Origin: Styela clava
Lineage: Eukaryota
Reading direction: 5' to 3'
DNA: 64,000 nucleotides
Assembly: GCF_964204865.1 (NCBI RefSeq)
Contig: NC_135260.1
Coordinates: forward strand, 11,098,001 to 11,162,000
A program made the translations under genes and the position numbers. The notes beneath the pieces were generated by a model that saw only the letters and a list, made by a program, of their open reading frames with translations, was not told the DNA's origin and made no database searches. Positions 36,878-51,200 of this stretch are shown in pieces (positions within the stretch are counted from its first letter, which is position 1; each line of letters begins with the position of its first letter).

Positions 36878-38939
36878 TTCACTTCTAGCAGAAATCTCTG
36901 TTAGGTTCCAGTTCAAATCACTTGTAGACTAACTAATTTATTCTGATAAAGTATAATCCTCAAAACTAATGATTGGCGATTAACTCCGATGCAAATGGAA
37001 TGGGACATTAGCAAAGATCACAGTTTTCAATCTGAAAACTCTATAATTATAGATATTTCGGTCCATCAGACGTAAGTAAATGGCTATCGATAGCTTCAAG
37101 TAGATCAGTAATGAGTAGAAAAAGAACTGAGCAAATAAATATACCTTCTTAGCTTTCTAAATCACAAGCATATATATTGATGATATATATATTTATCCAA
37201 AAAGGTAGGGCCGTGCCAGCGGAGTTTGTCAGGTTTTCTATTTTGAAACCTACCGGTGTCGTAATTTCACACTTCGAGTTGTAATAAGTCAAAACTTCCC
37301 GCTAAAAGTAATAGTTTAATTGTCATAATACACGGACCATAAGGAGCACTGTCAATCAATTTATTAGATTGGGTTTTTGTCCATACGCAAGGCGCAACTG
37401 GTATCGTTTTTAAGTGTAGGGAATAAAGCACTACTCGTCACACAGATTAGACGCGTCGGTTTATAACGCAGATCGATCGAATTTTGAAAAAAAAAATAAT
37501 ATCAAGAGCGCTTTATGGTCCGGAAGGCACGGTTAGCGTTTTTTGGGTTTGTATACACCAGAGCGATCGTTTTTATTTTCTCGGAGTCGATTCTATTTTA
37601 TCTGGTCGGACTATCAATGTTCCGTAACCCAGAATCAAACCAAATCTTTTTTGAACCGGCAGTCGATTCGATTGTATCACATACTTGGCTGTTGGCTCCT
37701 ACCTACTACACCTATCCATAACAAACTTCAGAAAATGATTGAAACATATTTTATTGATATATCTGTACAAAGACTTTTTTCGATTCCAAAGGACAGTGGA
37801 ATGAAGGTGAAAGTCAGAGAAAACAAATGAAACATTGATATTACGAAACACGTATGTAGCCTGCGTTAGAGGTATGCAGACTCTTATTGTTGAAAGTGTA
37901 ATATAAGGGGGAAAGAAGCTACAGAAGAGCAATCATCTTAAAACTAATTTTCGTGGTGATTTAACTATTTTACATTCAACCAAATCAAAATGGCTACGGC
38001 ATAATTCTATCGGCCTTACCCTCCCATGAAATAAATATAAAAATCCTATCCTATCTTTCAATTTTTCTAATCCCGGGATTGCTAAGTAAAAATCCCAACC
38101 GCTCACATCAAATGTCGGTCACGTTATTACATATCAAAACACAGATGGATAAATAGTATATTTTGGAAACTCCGGAATACACACAAATTGAAAATGACGA
38201 ATTCCGAAGAGCGAGAAGCATGAGAAATATCTCGCCAACACGCACACAAAGAATTGAATAAAAAAACACAAGCCTAGATAAACAAGGAATCGACGAGAAA
38301 GTGACAAAGATATATTCAAGACAGGAGAAAACTATACTGTTTAGGCATTGCTGAAAAGGTGATATAAGTGGATTGAACAATTGTTAGGGAAAACACCAAT
38401 GAAACCTTAACAGGTCCGCGTAATTGATGAGGTTAACCTGCTTAAAAACAGAACGCGCACACAACAAAAGCAAAAATACGCCAAAACGAATGTTTGAAGG
38501 CGTTTTGCATTGGCTCAATACCATAATTATCATGTTACATGTCAATTCCACTCTCTTCTTCTGATTCTGGTTGAAAATATTTAGACACTATTATTTTGTC
38601 ATATTGTTTTTAACACCGTTTTGGTTAGGGTTTCTTATTGATATTGCTTCAGTACTGGTTCTTTGTTATCCTTTCAGTTCTTCTGCATAGCCTAAAACAC
38701 GACCAAATGCGACAACCACAAGCACTTTACTATGAATGGTTCTGCAAAATTGTTGTTGTAAAATTATAACTTTGTTTCGCAACTAACTAGTTGAATGCTT
38801 ATTTCCATGTAACTGCAATTTAGCTTTTTCTGCAAGTCTAATAAAATGCAATAACGATGTCCAATTATGTGTTCCTATGTACATATCAAAATATTCAAAT
38901 ACGACTATCAAGTTCGTAGTTCTTCTGTCCCTGTATATA

Positions 38940-39881
38940 TTAGTTTCCTCCGTTCGCTGCAGGTTGTTTTGAACAGAATGGAAAGAGAGAACTTTTCCAA
39001 TCCGGAAAGGAATAAATTACGGATAGAATATTTACAAAGCTTCTAGCTAGTAGCACCACAAGTATGGATCCGTATTTTGACTTGAAGTAAGCTCCCATGA
39101 CCATCAACACAATACTGCCCCCAGTCCATATGCAAGTCGCCACGAACGCCCTATGCAGAACAGGCTTCAGATTATTAGCTGCCTCGCCAACAGTTGATCG
39201 ATGCTTATATAGAGGAGCTAGGAACAAATAGAGCAACACGAATTGTTCGAATATTGAAGTTATACTTGCTCCGATAAACAACTTGTCAACTCTAAATCGA
39301 GCCCCAACGATTCCACAGCCACGCGGAGTCATTCCGAAACGATTCCCAACAAAGTTAAGGATGACTACCGTGCTAGGAAGCAAAATGGCTAACAAAAATA
39401 CTGAAATGCTTAATACCTGTGTAGTCTTTGTTGTCAAATGTTCCATCAATTTGTTTCTATATAAAACTCTCTGACGCAAAGATAGGACGAGAAAACAGCA
39501 CATAACCGCCATCCCACCAAATATATTTCTGCCTGAAATAGTCAAAAAGCAGTAACTCGGATAATATTCTTCGACAATTAATTTTTCAACGAGTGCTAAC
39601 AACATCAAGAATAAATAGCCAGCTACCATAAAATCACGAAATATTTTCATCCAAAATCCGAGTATCGCCGAGTCCGTTTGTCCAAGATCTTTTTGTCTTA
39701 ATCTTTCAAACATGAATGTCGCAGAAAGATATAATGTCACAATAGCGAATATAGTAAAACTGACCACAGACGCTAACCAAAATATATTTTCATTTTCTTC
39801 ATCGCCACCGGATATTGTTTGAGAAACGTTGGAGTCATATGAAAAATATTGCCAAGTAGAATTCTCGAATGTTTGTGCCAT
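38940..39881 (-). CDS. Orphan intronless seven-transmembrane (GPCR-like) protein, about 313 aa
   Basis: Seven hydrophobic segments; N-terminal sequons NST and NVS; Cys at the top of TM3 plus GC in ECL2; LRQRVLY in place of DRY; FLAPLYKH ending TM5; C-terminal FPDWKSSLFPF. The first ATG is at 39881 (the ORF track starts at a TTG). Confidence 0.8.
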   Translation of the reverse strand: MAQTFENSTWQYFSYDSNVSQTISGGDEENENIFWLASVVSFTIFAIVTLYLSATFMFERLRQKDLGQTDSAILGFWMKIFRDFMVAGYLFLMLLALVEKLIVEEYYPSYCFLTISGRNIFGGMAVMCCFLVLSLRQRVLYRNKLMEHLTTKTTQVLSISVFLLAILLPSTVVILNFVGNRFGMTPRGCGIVGARFRVDKLFIGASITSIFEQFVLLYLFLAPLYKHRSTVGEAANNLKPVLHRAFVATCIWTGGSIVLMVMGAYFKSKYGSILVVLLARSFVNILSVIYSFPDWKSSLFPFCSKQPAANGGN

Positions 39882-40476
39882 TTCACTTCTACCAGAACTC
39901 ACTGTTACGGTCCAGTTCAAATCACTTGTGGACTAACTAATTTATTTTGATGAAGTATATTCCTCAAGACTAATGATTGACGATTAACTCCGATGCAAAT
40001 GGAATGGGACATTAGCAAAGATCACAGTAATCATTCTGAAAACTCTATAATTATGGATATTTTGGTCCATAATGTTTGTGCCATTTCACTTCTACCAGAA
40101 CTCACTGTTAGGGTTCAGTTCAAATCACTTGTGGACTAACTAATTTATTTTGATAAAGTATAATCCTCAAAACTGATGATTGGCGATTAACTCCGATGCA
40201 AATGGAATGGGACATTAGCAAAGATCACAGTAATCATTCTGAAAACTCTATAATTATGGATATTTTGGTCCATAATGTTTGTGCCATTTCACTTCTACCA
40301 GAACTCACTGTTAGGGTTCAGTTCAAATCACTTGTGGACTAACTAATTTATTTTGATAAAGTATAATCCTCAAAACTGATGATTGGCGATTAACTCCGAT
40401 GCAAATGGAATGGGACATTAGCAAAGATCACAGTAATCATTCTGAAAACTCTATAATTATGGATATTTCGGTCCAT
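39868..40476. repeat. Three tandem 203-bp repeats spanning the 7TM start codon and upstream region
   Basis: aatgtttgtgccatttcacttctaccagaac recurs at 39868, 40071 and 40274. Only one copy is present in the other duplication unit. Confidence 0.95.
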
Positions 40477-42211
40477 CAAACGTAAGTAAATGGCTATCGA
40501 TAGCTGCAAGTAGATCGATAGTGAGTAGGAAACAACTGAGCAAATAAACGTACCTTCTTAACTTTTCCTTTGGTTAATACCAAGCATATTGATGACGACC
40601 ACCGATACCCTTTATCCAGTGGTGGGATTCAAATTTTTGTCAGCCGGTTTCATCACAAAAATCATATTTTTCAATCGGTTGTTACAAACAGAACATTGAC
40701 AGTAACCAGTAAAGCTAACCGGTTCGCTGATCTCATAAAATTCCGTGAGACGGTTCTACAAGAAACCTACCGGTGTCGGAATTTCACACTTCCAATTGTG
40801 ATTAAATCAGTCAAAACTTCCCGCTAAAAGTAATAGTTTAATTGCCATAATACACTGACCATAAGAGCACTGTCAATAAATTTCTTAGATTGGGCTTTTG
40901 AGTGTAGGTAATAAAGCACTACTCGATACACAGATTAGACGCGTCGGCTTATAAGGCACTTGATAGATTTTTGAAAAGAAAATAATAACAATATATATTT
41001 AAGAGCGCTTTATGGTCCGGAAGACACGGTTAGAATTTTTTTAGTTTGTATGCACCGGAGCGATCGTCATCGTTTTCTCGGAGGCGATTCTATTTTATGG
41101 ACGGATTATCAAGGTTTCGTAACCCAGAATCAAACCAAATCTTTTTTGAACCGGCAGTCAATTGTATCGCATACTTTGCTCTCAACTGCTACACACATCC
41201 ATAAGCAAACTCCAGAAAATCATTGAAACATATTTTATTGATATATCTGTACAAAGACTTTTTTCAATTCCAAAGGACAGTGGAATGAAGGTGAAAGTCA
41301 GAGAAAACAAATGAAACATTGACCTGTCTATCACGAAGCACGAATGTAGTGAAAGTGTAATATAAGACAGAAAAGAAGCAACAGGAGAACAATTATCTTA
41401 AAACTAATTTTCGTGAATAATTCAACCAAATCAAAAACCACATCTACTTTTAATTGTCCTTACCAAAATATGTTGAAACACTTCAATTCACGACTATTGA
41501 TAACTTCTATATCATTATGCAAATGATCGTAAATTTATCGTTTCAAGGGCAGAATAAATTCTATCTATTTGTTTCTAATATTATTCTGTCGAGCGGTAAC
41601 ACTGAAAAAGGTTATTGATATATACAATATTGGACGGCAGCATTAACAAAAATAAAAAATCATGTATGTCTATCTAGTCGGCAAATTGAGCAAGGCAGAC
41701 CTCTCAAAGTATGTGAAAGACATGAGCAGCCATATAAAAATAGAAGACCTCAGTAAAACATCTGGCTTAAATAATAACGAAACAGAGCACTGATCTCTTA
41801 CTTTCAACTGAGAAATTGTAATGTTATTATATTTCAAATGATTTGTTCCATTTAGTTTGTGTAAGTAAGTCCTGCTGACAAAATTTTAAAGAAGCATACA
41901 GCCTTGTCTTTTTATCCATCTAGTTAAATGATGTAAATATGTAAGTTCAGAGCAATATACATAGCACAAATGGCATTGTTATAGTGTGATTAGAACAGAA
42001 TAAAGATTATGCAAATAACACCAATCACTGTGGCAGTAATTTGTTCACCAGGATAATAATAGGCCATGCAAAATATGAAAAATCAATTAGTGAATTCGAG
42101 TAAACAACTTTTGATTAGGTGAGATTAATGGTTACAAATGGGCTTAGTGTTGCTAGAAAACACAATTGGCCCACACTTGGTCAAGTGCATGTAATGACCT
42201 GCAGAATGTTT

Positions 42212-45200
42212 TTATTTGAAAGGTTTCAGAGCATCCATATCCCATGCACGAACATCGACAAGAGCTTGATTTAATGATTCAATCCAAGCTATTCTTTCTT
42301 CTTTTGTGTCAGCAGACAACCAATGCCTTGAATAAGAAATAGAAAAATTTTAAGTTCTATAAGTCGCAGATATAGAATTGTGACATACTTAAACAAAAGA
42401 ATGCTCAAATATATGGACAGGAACCTCAAAACGAAGTACCGTATTTCCCGGCGAATAAGTCGCTTCTCTAGGCCCAAATTTTTGGCCTGATTTTGGGGGG
42501 TCGTCTTATTAGGCAAGTATGTTATTTTTCAATTATATACGGTAATATCAATTTTTTCACAGCATCGGTTGTCAACCTCATTAAAAAATTTTCATTCTTC
42601 ATCAGTCTTCACTGAGCACAAGATCGCTAATACGCGAGCCCAACTACCACATGGTGTGCAATTTTTAATTTTGACGACGTCTTTACATAAAACTTCAAAG
42701 TGCAAAACGAATCCCATAGAGCCCACAAATGTTTTTATATAAATAAAAGTAATAGCATTTTCTCGACAACAACAATCTTAAAAGCAATTGGTCAAGTAGT
42801 TGAAGAGTAAAGCGATTTTTCACAACAGCAACAACAATAGGAAGAAGAACACTAACAACGACATAATAACAAAATAATCCATACTTCGTGTCATCTTGAT
42901 AGAGGTTAGGATTGATTTTGTTCAGGAGGAATATTCCGTGTGTGAAATTCTCCATAGGTAAAACTTCCAGAGGGTGGAATTTTCATGGGTGCGATCTTAC
43001 AGTTGCTTTCAATATATATTATCTTACCCAGCTTCACTAATATTGCGTAACCGTAACACCTTTTATGGTTTTGTACAATACAAAAAATGCAAAACTTGAA
43101 AACGTCCGAACGGAGCGTTTTTTTTGTTGCATTACTACTATGATTTAGTGCCTTGTAACAAAGATCTGCCGGCCAGCTTACTTTGTAGTTATGACTGATC
43201 CAGTGTCCTCAGATATTAGGTTTTGTCTATCCCCTTGACGACGAGGCCTCATTGTACGAAGTTCGAAGGTGTTAGGTCGAGCACATAAAATGCGTTCTAC
43301 TGTTGTTATGTCACGGCTGATACATTCACGAAGCGCGAGGGACATCAGCGGCTTCTAAAAAAAAAAGTTACATTGCTACCATGTTCATTTAGCACTTACA
43401 AACATCTGAAGCATACAGGCAAATAAACAGTACTTTTTTTCTTAAAACATTCAATTTTCCTTATATTACAAATGACCCATGATCAAATTACAAGGTACAT
43501 TATTGGAATATCACAGATTGGAATATCAGAGAAAAAAACAATGCTATTCATTGCATAACACAAATTCGCAATGCTTGGAGATGTGACAACACTTAATAAT
43601 TGACATCAAGTTACAAATTCGCTGTCGCACATCAGTGTGTCACAGCCCGCAGGTTTAGAGACAACAAACTAGAAAGGTCAGGGCAACGAGTTATGTGAAA
43701 AACTTCTCATGCTTGTATATGCATAATATATTAGAAATAGGCAATATCGTAACCCCATATCTGTGAAATAATTTAGAAAGAAACACAAATTTTCACTACA
43801 ATTTTACTACCATGGTTGCAACCAAATTTCTGTGTGTATCATTTTTTCGACCGCCAAAAGGAAGATGTAGACAAAACGATACTACCTTGTATTGTTCATC
43901 ATCAGGATAAGTCCAAGAATACAATTTTCCTTGTCTCAGAGCACACCATCTTCTATGCCATGCACCCAGACCTCCGACATCATCAAACATTGTCTGAAAA
44001 ACATCAATACAAAGTAAAAATAAATTGTCCAGATTTCACGATGTTGGTTTTGGCTTATTTACTCAGTAATATTTTTCATTAAATGCTTCCAAACAACTTT
44101 TGCATGCATGGTCTTTATACACGATTCAGCATTGTCAACTGTAACGTTATACCAGAACTACTATATTAATGGCAACTTCAATATAGGTTTTTTTTTACTG
44201 AAATGTCAGTATGTCTTTTGTGAATATTCAGCATTTGATGGGTCACCAAAATAACACCACAGATTACTTCATAGTCCTTGAGTCAGTGGTTCGCCATCCC
44301 TGCTGTTCACATTGACAACACTTTCAGGAAACTTGAATTGATTTATTACCAGGATTATGCAGTTCCAACAACTTGAAGAGCAGAAATTGTTATCAGTACC
44401 CAATTAGTATACTGCATTCATTACTAATATACTGATAATACAATGTCAGAAATCCATTTTACCCGATACAAAACATGTTTATTTCTTACCAAAAATCCTC
44501 TTTGTGAGATGCTTGATTCGAAGTTGGATGAAAACTTGCACAAAATTTGACCAGATATTGGTGAAAGAAAAGGAACCTGAAACGCACAAAAAAAAAAAAT
44601 ATTCTACCAAACAAACCGAATCAGGAGAAGTAGGGTCTAGAGAATACAATTGAGAAACGTGTGTAAAAAAGCATTCTCACAATCCCTTTCGTGTTAGTAG
44701 CCTAAGCTATTTGTAAAAAATCACAAAAATTGCCACAGTTTACCAAGGCTCATGTAAACAGTACTTTTGCAATAGTAAATAAATAATACTGAATATGATC
44801 AATTTTTCACATTTCTCCTTGTAACCTTCTGCCATTAATTATGGTTACGAGATAATTAACGCCCCCATCTTGACTTACCATATTCAGCTATACAGTTCCA
44901 AGAGGCAATAAAATAGAATGTGGATGTATTAATAATCAATTTTGTCATATTATTTGAGCATACCAATTTTTTCTAAGAAAAAGTGATTAACTAATAATTG
45001 TAGGTAAAATAATCTTAATAAAATAATCATTTTTAATCATAATTTGGTTAGAGGCATCATAAGACAAATGCCAAAATCTGAATGCTTGTTATTTTCATAC
45101 TTGGGTTACTCCAAATTATGCATGTGTAATTCATAGCATCAAGTAATTTCTTCACTTTACTCACATATTTCTACAGGAAGAATTATTTAACGAGGTAGAC

Positions 45201-48200
45201 AATAAAAAAGATTTTAAAAAACTTCTAACCTTTTGTAAAGCAAATTTTCTTCCAGTTATTGCTCCTAAAGTGATGGTAGTGCTTCCAATAAGAGAGAAAT
45301 TACTGATACGAATGGCATTTGGGCCACCAGGACTCATCATGGAAGGCATGTGTGATGTACGTTTGGAAGTTCTCAGCTTCTTTGGTGTGAGAGACTGCAA
45401 TAAACATTATGTTGATTACAACAGGAATTTATTGGCCCATAAAATTTGATAAACAAAATCACAAATACACAAAAATAGAATAAATATTCACATTGACTTG
45501 AAATTAATTCTATTCGAGTTTAAGATTCTTGATAATAGAAATCAATTAAAATAGTTTCATTTGAAAATAAAATAGCAAGAAACCAATTAAGTCAACATTT
45601 ACTTGAACTTGCTTGCGTTTACCAATTCAGACACCTCATTGTCTACTTGTACATAATTTTTTATATTATTCAAATACATTCATTATTAAGACCTTGTCTG
45701 TATCAAAGCTGTTCTTGCTGTCTGTTTGTTGCTTTTGAGTATTTTTTGAAGTGGTAGCTGCTTTCTTAACCTTATTTCTAGTTTTCTCAACTGCCTCTGA
45801 CAATAATCTCTTCATGTCACCTGATCTTTGCTGTTCATTTAAATTATTTTAACATTGGAAGTGTAAAGTGATATTTTTGAAGGTTTTGTGCAATAATTGT
45901 TGAATGAATTTAGAATATCAAACCATCTTCATAGCAGCGTGTTAAATATAATAAAAGACTTGAGATTTTCTGGCTTTTCAACATTACAATTGAAACTCTT
46001 CTCTACTTACTAAACTGTCTAGGTCAGGAGTTCCCAAACCGCGGCCCGCGAAACGATTTAAAAGCTTAAGTGAAATGGTGTTGTTTATACCTGTTTGCGA
46101 TCTAGATACCGCTAGTTGCTATGTCACTACCACAGTTTAAAGACGTGTTTATCGTAACAGTCACATTAGAAAGCTTAGAGATACCAAAAAGCCAACCAAA
46201 ACTAGACGCTGAAAACAGATGTTCCTTGAATAAATGTGAGCGTTTGTATTTCTGCATTCAAAGAAATCAAACTTCGGTGATTTGTCTTCTTTGCCAACGA
46301 ACTATTCCATATATGAGGAAATAAGACATTAGGCGCCAATATGAGTCGAACAAACATGTTTCAAAAAAATGTCAAGTGAAAGTGAATCGACAGAACCCCA
46401 GTGAAACCGTCGCGAACTTAATGTCGCTACACTCTTCTGGCCCGCAAACATTGTTCAGATTATGATTTTGGCCCGCGCCCAATAAAGTTTGGGAATCCCT
46501 GGTCTATTTAAATATTAGAACACCAAGCCACGGGTCGGACCAGGAAGCGTTTCAGAGTAAAGATTAATATGTTGTACTCAAATTAAAAAGAATAAAATAC
46601 ATACTTTGTGTAAAATTCCAGACAACTTTCCTTTTGCTTTATCTTGTACAGGAATTCCATCAGCACGAGTTCTGTGGTTCTGTAAAAATGTTGAAGTAAA
46701 CAAAACAATAAATATAGTTGGATTTTACAAAATTGATATGTTGCATGCAAGTACTTACCAGGCTATATACTTCTAGCACAATTTTGAAGTCACTCGATAA
46801 ATTTCCACTAAATATAAAATATATATAAGTATGAATGGATGATTATCATAAGTGTGAATCACATTGGAATAAAGATAATTATAACGAAATAATGGCTCGA
46901 AAAAACACCGGTAGATTTCTAGTATATACTTGAGGATGTCAACAAAGAATATAGGTAAATGAAAATTAATGCTATATACAGGGTGTTCATAAAGTCCTGC
47001 TACAATTTCAGTTTTGATATAGAGTTGGTTCTAAGTAGCGTAACCAGGTTATTTTTTTAACAGTGTTTATTTAAGTTGAACTTTTTATTACTTCATTCAA
47101 TACCCATGTAGGAACCAAACTATGTATAGTATTGTTAAATTCCCTCTTGTAATTTAAAAACTTGAAAGACTTCATGGAAGTTGTTGATATTTTTCGTAAT
47201 AATATTTCCCTTTTCAAGGTTTGTTATTCAAGTATGAAGATTTCTATTAATCTAATGTCTAACTATTTGACCAGTATGGTAGTACGATACTTACATTGTG
47301 AAATCATCTTTAAATACAAGTGAATCTCCAGACAAATCACCCAAAGTAGAAGCAAGTTGTGTTGCAAACATTTGATGACCATTTCTCACAAGAACAAAGT
47401 AATAGTGGTTTCGTAGTTCACCTAAAACAAGATTAAATTTATTTCCGAATCTAATATTATCTAAGATAAGAGTGTGTAAGACAGAAAGTCATATAATAAC
47501 AGGTTTATTAAAATGAATATTTTTATCATGTTCTATTTTAATTCTTATTTAGACGTCTGACACCTCAAACAGGCATTTATATCTATAGTATATTTAATAC
47601 AAATTTTTATCAATTCTTCGCAAAATTTATGATAGTTCTATGAATAAAATTAATGACACAAAAACTTTGATTTAATCAAATTTTGTAAATTTTTAACCAA
47701 GCGTAGACGCCTTGATAATGACAGTAATCAATTATTGATTAATCTATTAAAGAACTGTTAAAAATCTTGTAAAATTCAACTCAAAAAAAAATGTGAACTT
47801 TAAGTATTGTTTACTTAATAAAATAGAAATTTAAAAAATAATTAAATTTGACATGAAAAAGAACATCATTTTGCATCTGAAGTAATTAAAATACTGATTA
47901 ATCCATCAAAAAGAACTACGAAAAAAATTCATTAAATTAGACTTGATAATTCCTACTAACCTGCATCTCTTTTATTAGCAATTGAGAAAATATATTCAGT
48001 TCTGAGTGGGAGACGTAAACCCCCAACAACGAGGACTCCAGAACATGGTTTAAAATTTGATTCATCTCTTCCGCTTGTTCTTTTTTGTTTCAGTTGTTGA
48101 ATTTCAGCCAATAAAGCCAGACGACGTTCACCTGGAATATATAATTATAGATATCAGGGATTTCCAAATTTACTTTAACTTAACAACAGGATATAGCAAA

Positions 48201-51200
48201 TCAATATTTTCGTCATTTTTATTGTTTTTCATCAGAGATTCCCAATTTACCTTTTTTCATACAGGTTGTGAAGCATTGTCAAAAACAATTGACTTTGTTA
48301 ACATTAAATTACATTGTGGATAAAATGTGCAACACACACTTTTAATCAACGCGAGACGTATGCTTGTTTTTGTGCACATGAAAAGTGCATAACATGACCG
48401 AATGTACCCAATAACTATATTTACCATTAAAATGTGATGCACTTAAAACGACGACACACAGTTTTGGGAACCACTGTTTTAGATAATAATATTGTTGACC
48501 CAACCTACAGCTCCATAAAATCAATAGATAGTGTTAAAATATGGAAGGTACAATATAACCCCAAAAATAGAATCAATAAATTGTCAATTTCTTCTACAAA
48601 AGTGAAGAAAATTTATTTAACACTTCAACCCTCGTTTGTTTGATCATACTCAGAAGCTTCAGTAATATATATATATATATATCGTTTTGCAAAAAAGATA
48701 GGTCCTCTCTAGAATATATTCCTGGGTTCAGCTTTTTTTACCCTGTATTTATTGGGTAATACCATGCTCTTCAATACCATTATACCAATTGCGAGTAAGA
48801 AACAACTTACTTGTAATTAGCAAGAGTTTCTCAGCTTCAACTTCTGTGATAGTTCCTTTTCCATGATGGGCATCATAACAACAATTCAATGCAGCACTAG
48901 CTTGCTGTATAACACGCTGTTGTGCGCTTACTTGCGCCATCATGTCAGAAATGATTTCCTATCAATTGTAGATAAAAATATCAGATTTCAAAAATGATGT
49001 TTATATATTATAACTGCGCTGTCGAGACCAATAATAAAGTATAGAGCCACGTCAATATTATACTAATTAAAAAGATTAATAAAGACGAAAAATTTTAATT
49101 TACCTCAATGAAATATAGAAATAAATTAAATAAGATTAAGTTTATATCCGCATAAGTTAAAGGGAATTTTTCAAACATGAATATGTAACTATGCTGTCGG
49201 GCCACCAATAAAGGATAAAGCCATGTCATAATTAACAATTCGAAAGATTAATATAAGATGAAAAATTGAAATTTATTCTAATAAAATTGTGAAATACATT
49301 AATTAGTATTAAGAAGTTGGAAACTGCATAAAGCAATTTTTTAAACAAAATTATGTGTGGAACAAAATATTCATTATTGACTTTGCAACATTCCAAAAAA
49401 AACGTATAAAACTACCACACGTTTAATGGGTTGACAGTTAAAACTTGACTAATCCAGTTAGGAAACATAGAAGGAAATTACAAAAATATAATTTCAAGAA
49501 ATTTCATTTACAGCCCCACTACATAATAGATTATAACCCATCATAAAAATCATATAGACAAAATAGAAATAAGTCTTAATAATTGCTCAGTTTTAATATT
49601 TGATTGGAAAACATAATTGAAACAATTTGAAGAATTGTAAAAATATATACACCACGTATAGTGGGGCCTGAGATTCTGAGGGGGCCGAATCTCAAAGTTT
49701 AAAAATATATTCAAAAATAAATCCCTCTTGCGTTTCTAAATAGAAATTTTTCCTAAAATCTACACTGATTTAAAAACTGGAAAAAATAACTTACATTGAC
49801 TGGCCGCTTGTCCGGAGCTTGCTTTTTTATCATGGCTGCTTTAGCATTGGCCGCTTCATTCCTGACAACTCTTTTGTCGACCCTAAATCGTAGCATAATC
49901 TTACTCTCAAGTGTCGATCAAAAACTGACCTACTTTTTGTAAAATAATGAGTTCGCAATATGATACCTCCATTTAGCTAAAATTTAAATTTCTGACTAAA
50001 AAATGCGTAACCGATTGATTGATAAATAATTACTGCAACAAAATTTTTGTGTTAATTTCTAAAAAAGGAAAATGCATATTTATGACATCATTGATTGATA
50101 TTTGTTTTTCATAGAAAGTACGAAAGCATTTAACGAACAATAATGTTTAATTGATGACGATAAAAACTAATATTATAATTGATGACGCTTAATACATATC
50201 TACCTATATTAAAGGTCGTATAATTAATCGATCCGAAAACGAAACATCAATAAAAAAAGAATATGATCTTTATTACAGGAAGGTATAACGTAATATGATA
50301 TTATGTTACATAGCAGAAAATTATATTTGACTACTGATTTAATAACTGTATACATATTCTTTGTACAGATTGGAATTGAAAATAAAAATAATGACACAAG
50401 ATCATTATACATCGATAAGGATTACATCAAAAAATTGGGTGCTCCCGAAGTATGCGAACCAAGATGGCGGACATCGGAACATAACATGGGTAACAGGTTA
50501 GGGTTAGGCGATGATTTTTTTCCAATTTTCTTTATTTTAGTCCTATTATCAGTTTGAAGACTAGCCAAAAGCCTCCCGTAGTCTTTATACCTAAAATTAT
50601 GGCCTAACCCTAACCTAGTACACATATTACATTCCGATGTCCGCCATCTTGGTTCGCATACTTCGGAAGCCCCAAAAATTGTGGTTAAATTGCTGTTGTT
50701 GTTGTGAAAAAATAGCTTTTCTCAACTTATGGACTAAACAAGTTCCCATTTGAACTATCTGAAGAAGTCTATTAATGTAAATAATTTCAAAAATGCTTTG
50801 AATTGCTGTAGTGCCTGGAATTTCAGCTAGGGGAAATTTAAATGAAAGAGAGAATTTCGAAAAATCTTTTGAGCCCAGAATTTCACCCAGAGGACATTTT
50901 AACGAAAGAAACATACCAATCAGCTATTCATAAATTAGCCACTACATTTGCATTGTGATCATATGTTTAGGTGAGTGCAACAAATCTTATTGTATGTAAA
51001 ACTTCGTTCTGCATAATCGAAACAAATTGCAATATTTAGTACAAACAGATGGGAACAATACAAAACATCCAACAAACCTTCCAATGGACTGTCTTCGTTT
51101 TTCTGTGCGATACGAACTGATCGTATAAACAGGAAAATCTTTTTCTTGGCAAAATGAGACAATCGACTCAGTTGAGTTAGACTTGGAGAGACAAGTTCGT

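Larger units (their letters stand above)
34576..41437. repeat. Tandem segmental duplication, two units of about 3.4 kb (about 34576-37999 and 38000-41437)
   Basis: Colinear similarity across flanks and 7TM gene, e.g. 34761 vs 38066, 37515 vs 41012, and the shared end attcaaccaaatcaaaa at about 37974 and 41420. Confidence 0.92.

Noticed and set aside
39868-40476. CRISPR-like array
   Set aside because: The whole 203-bp unit repeats with no unique spacers; the context is eukaryotic and there are no cas genes.
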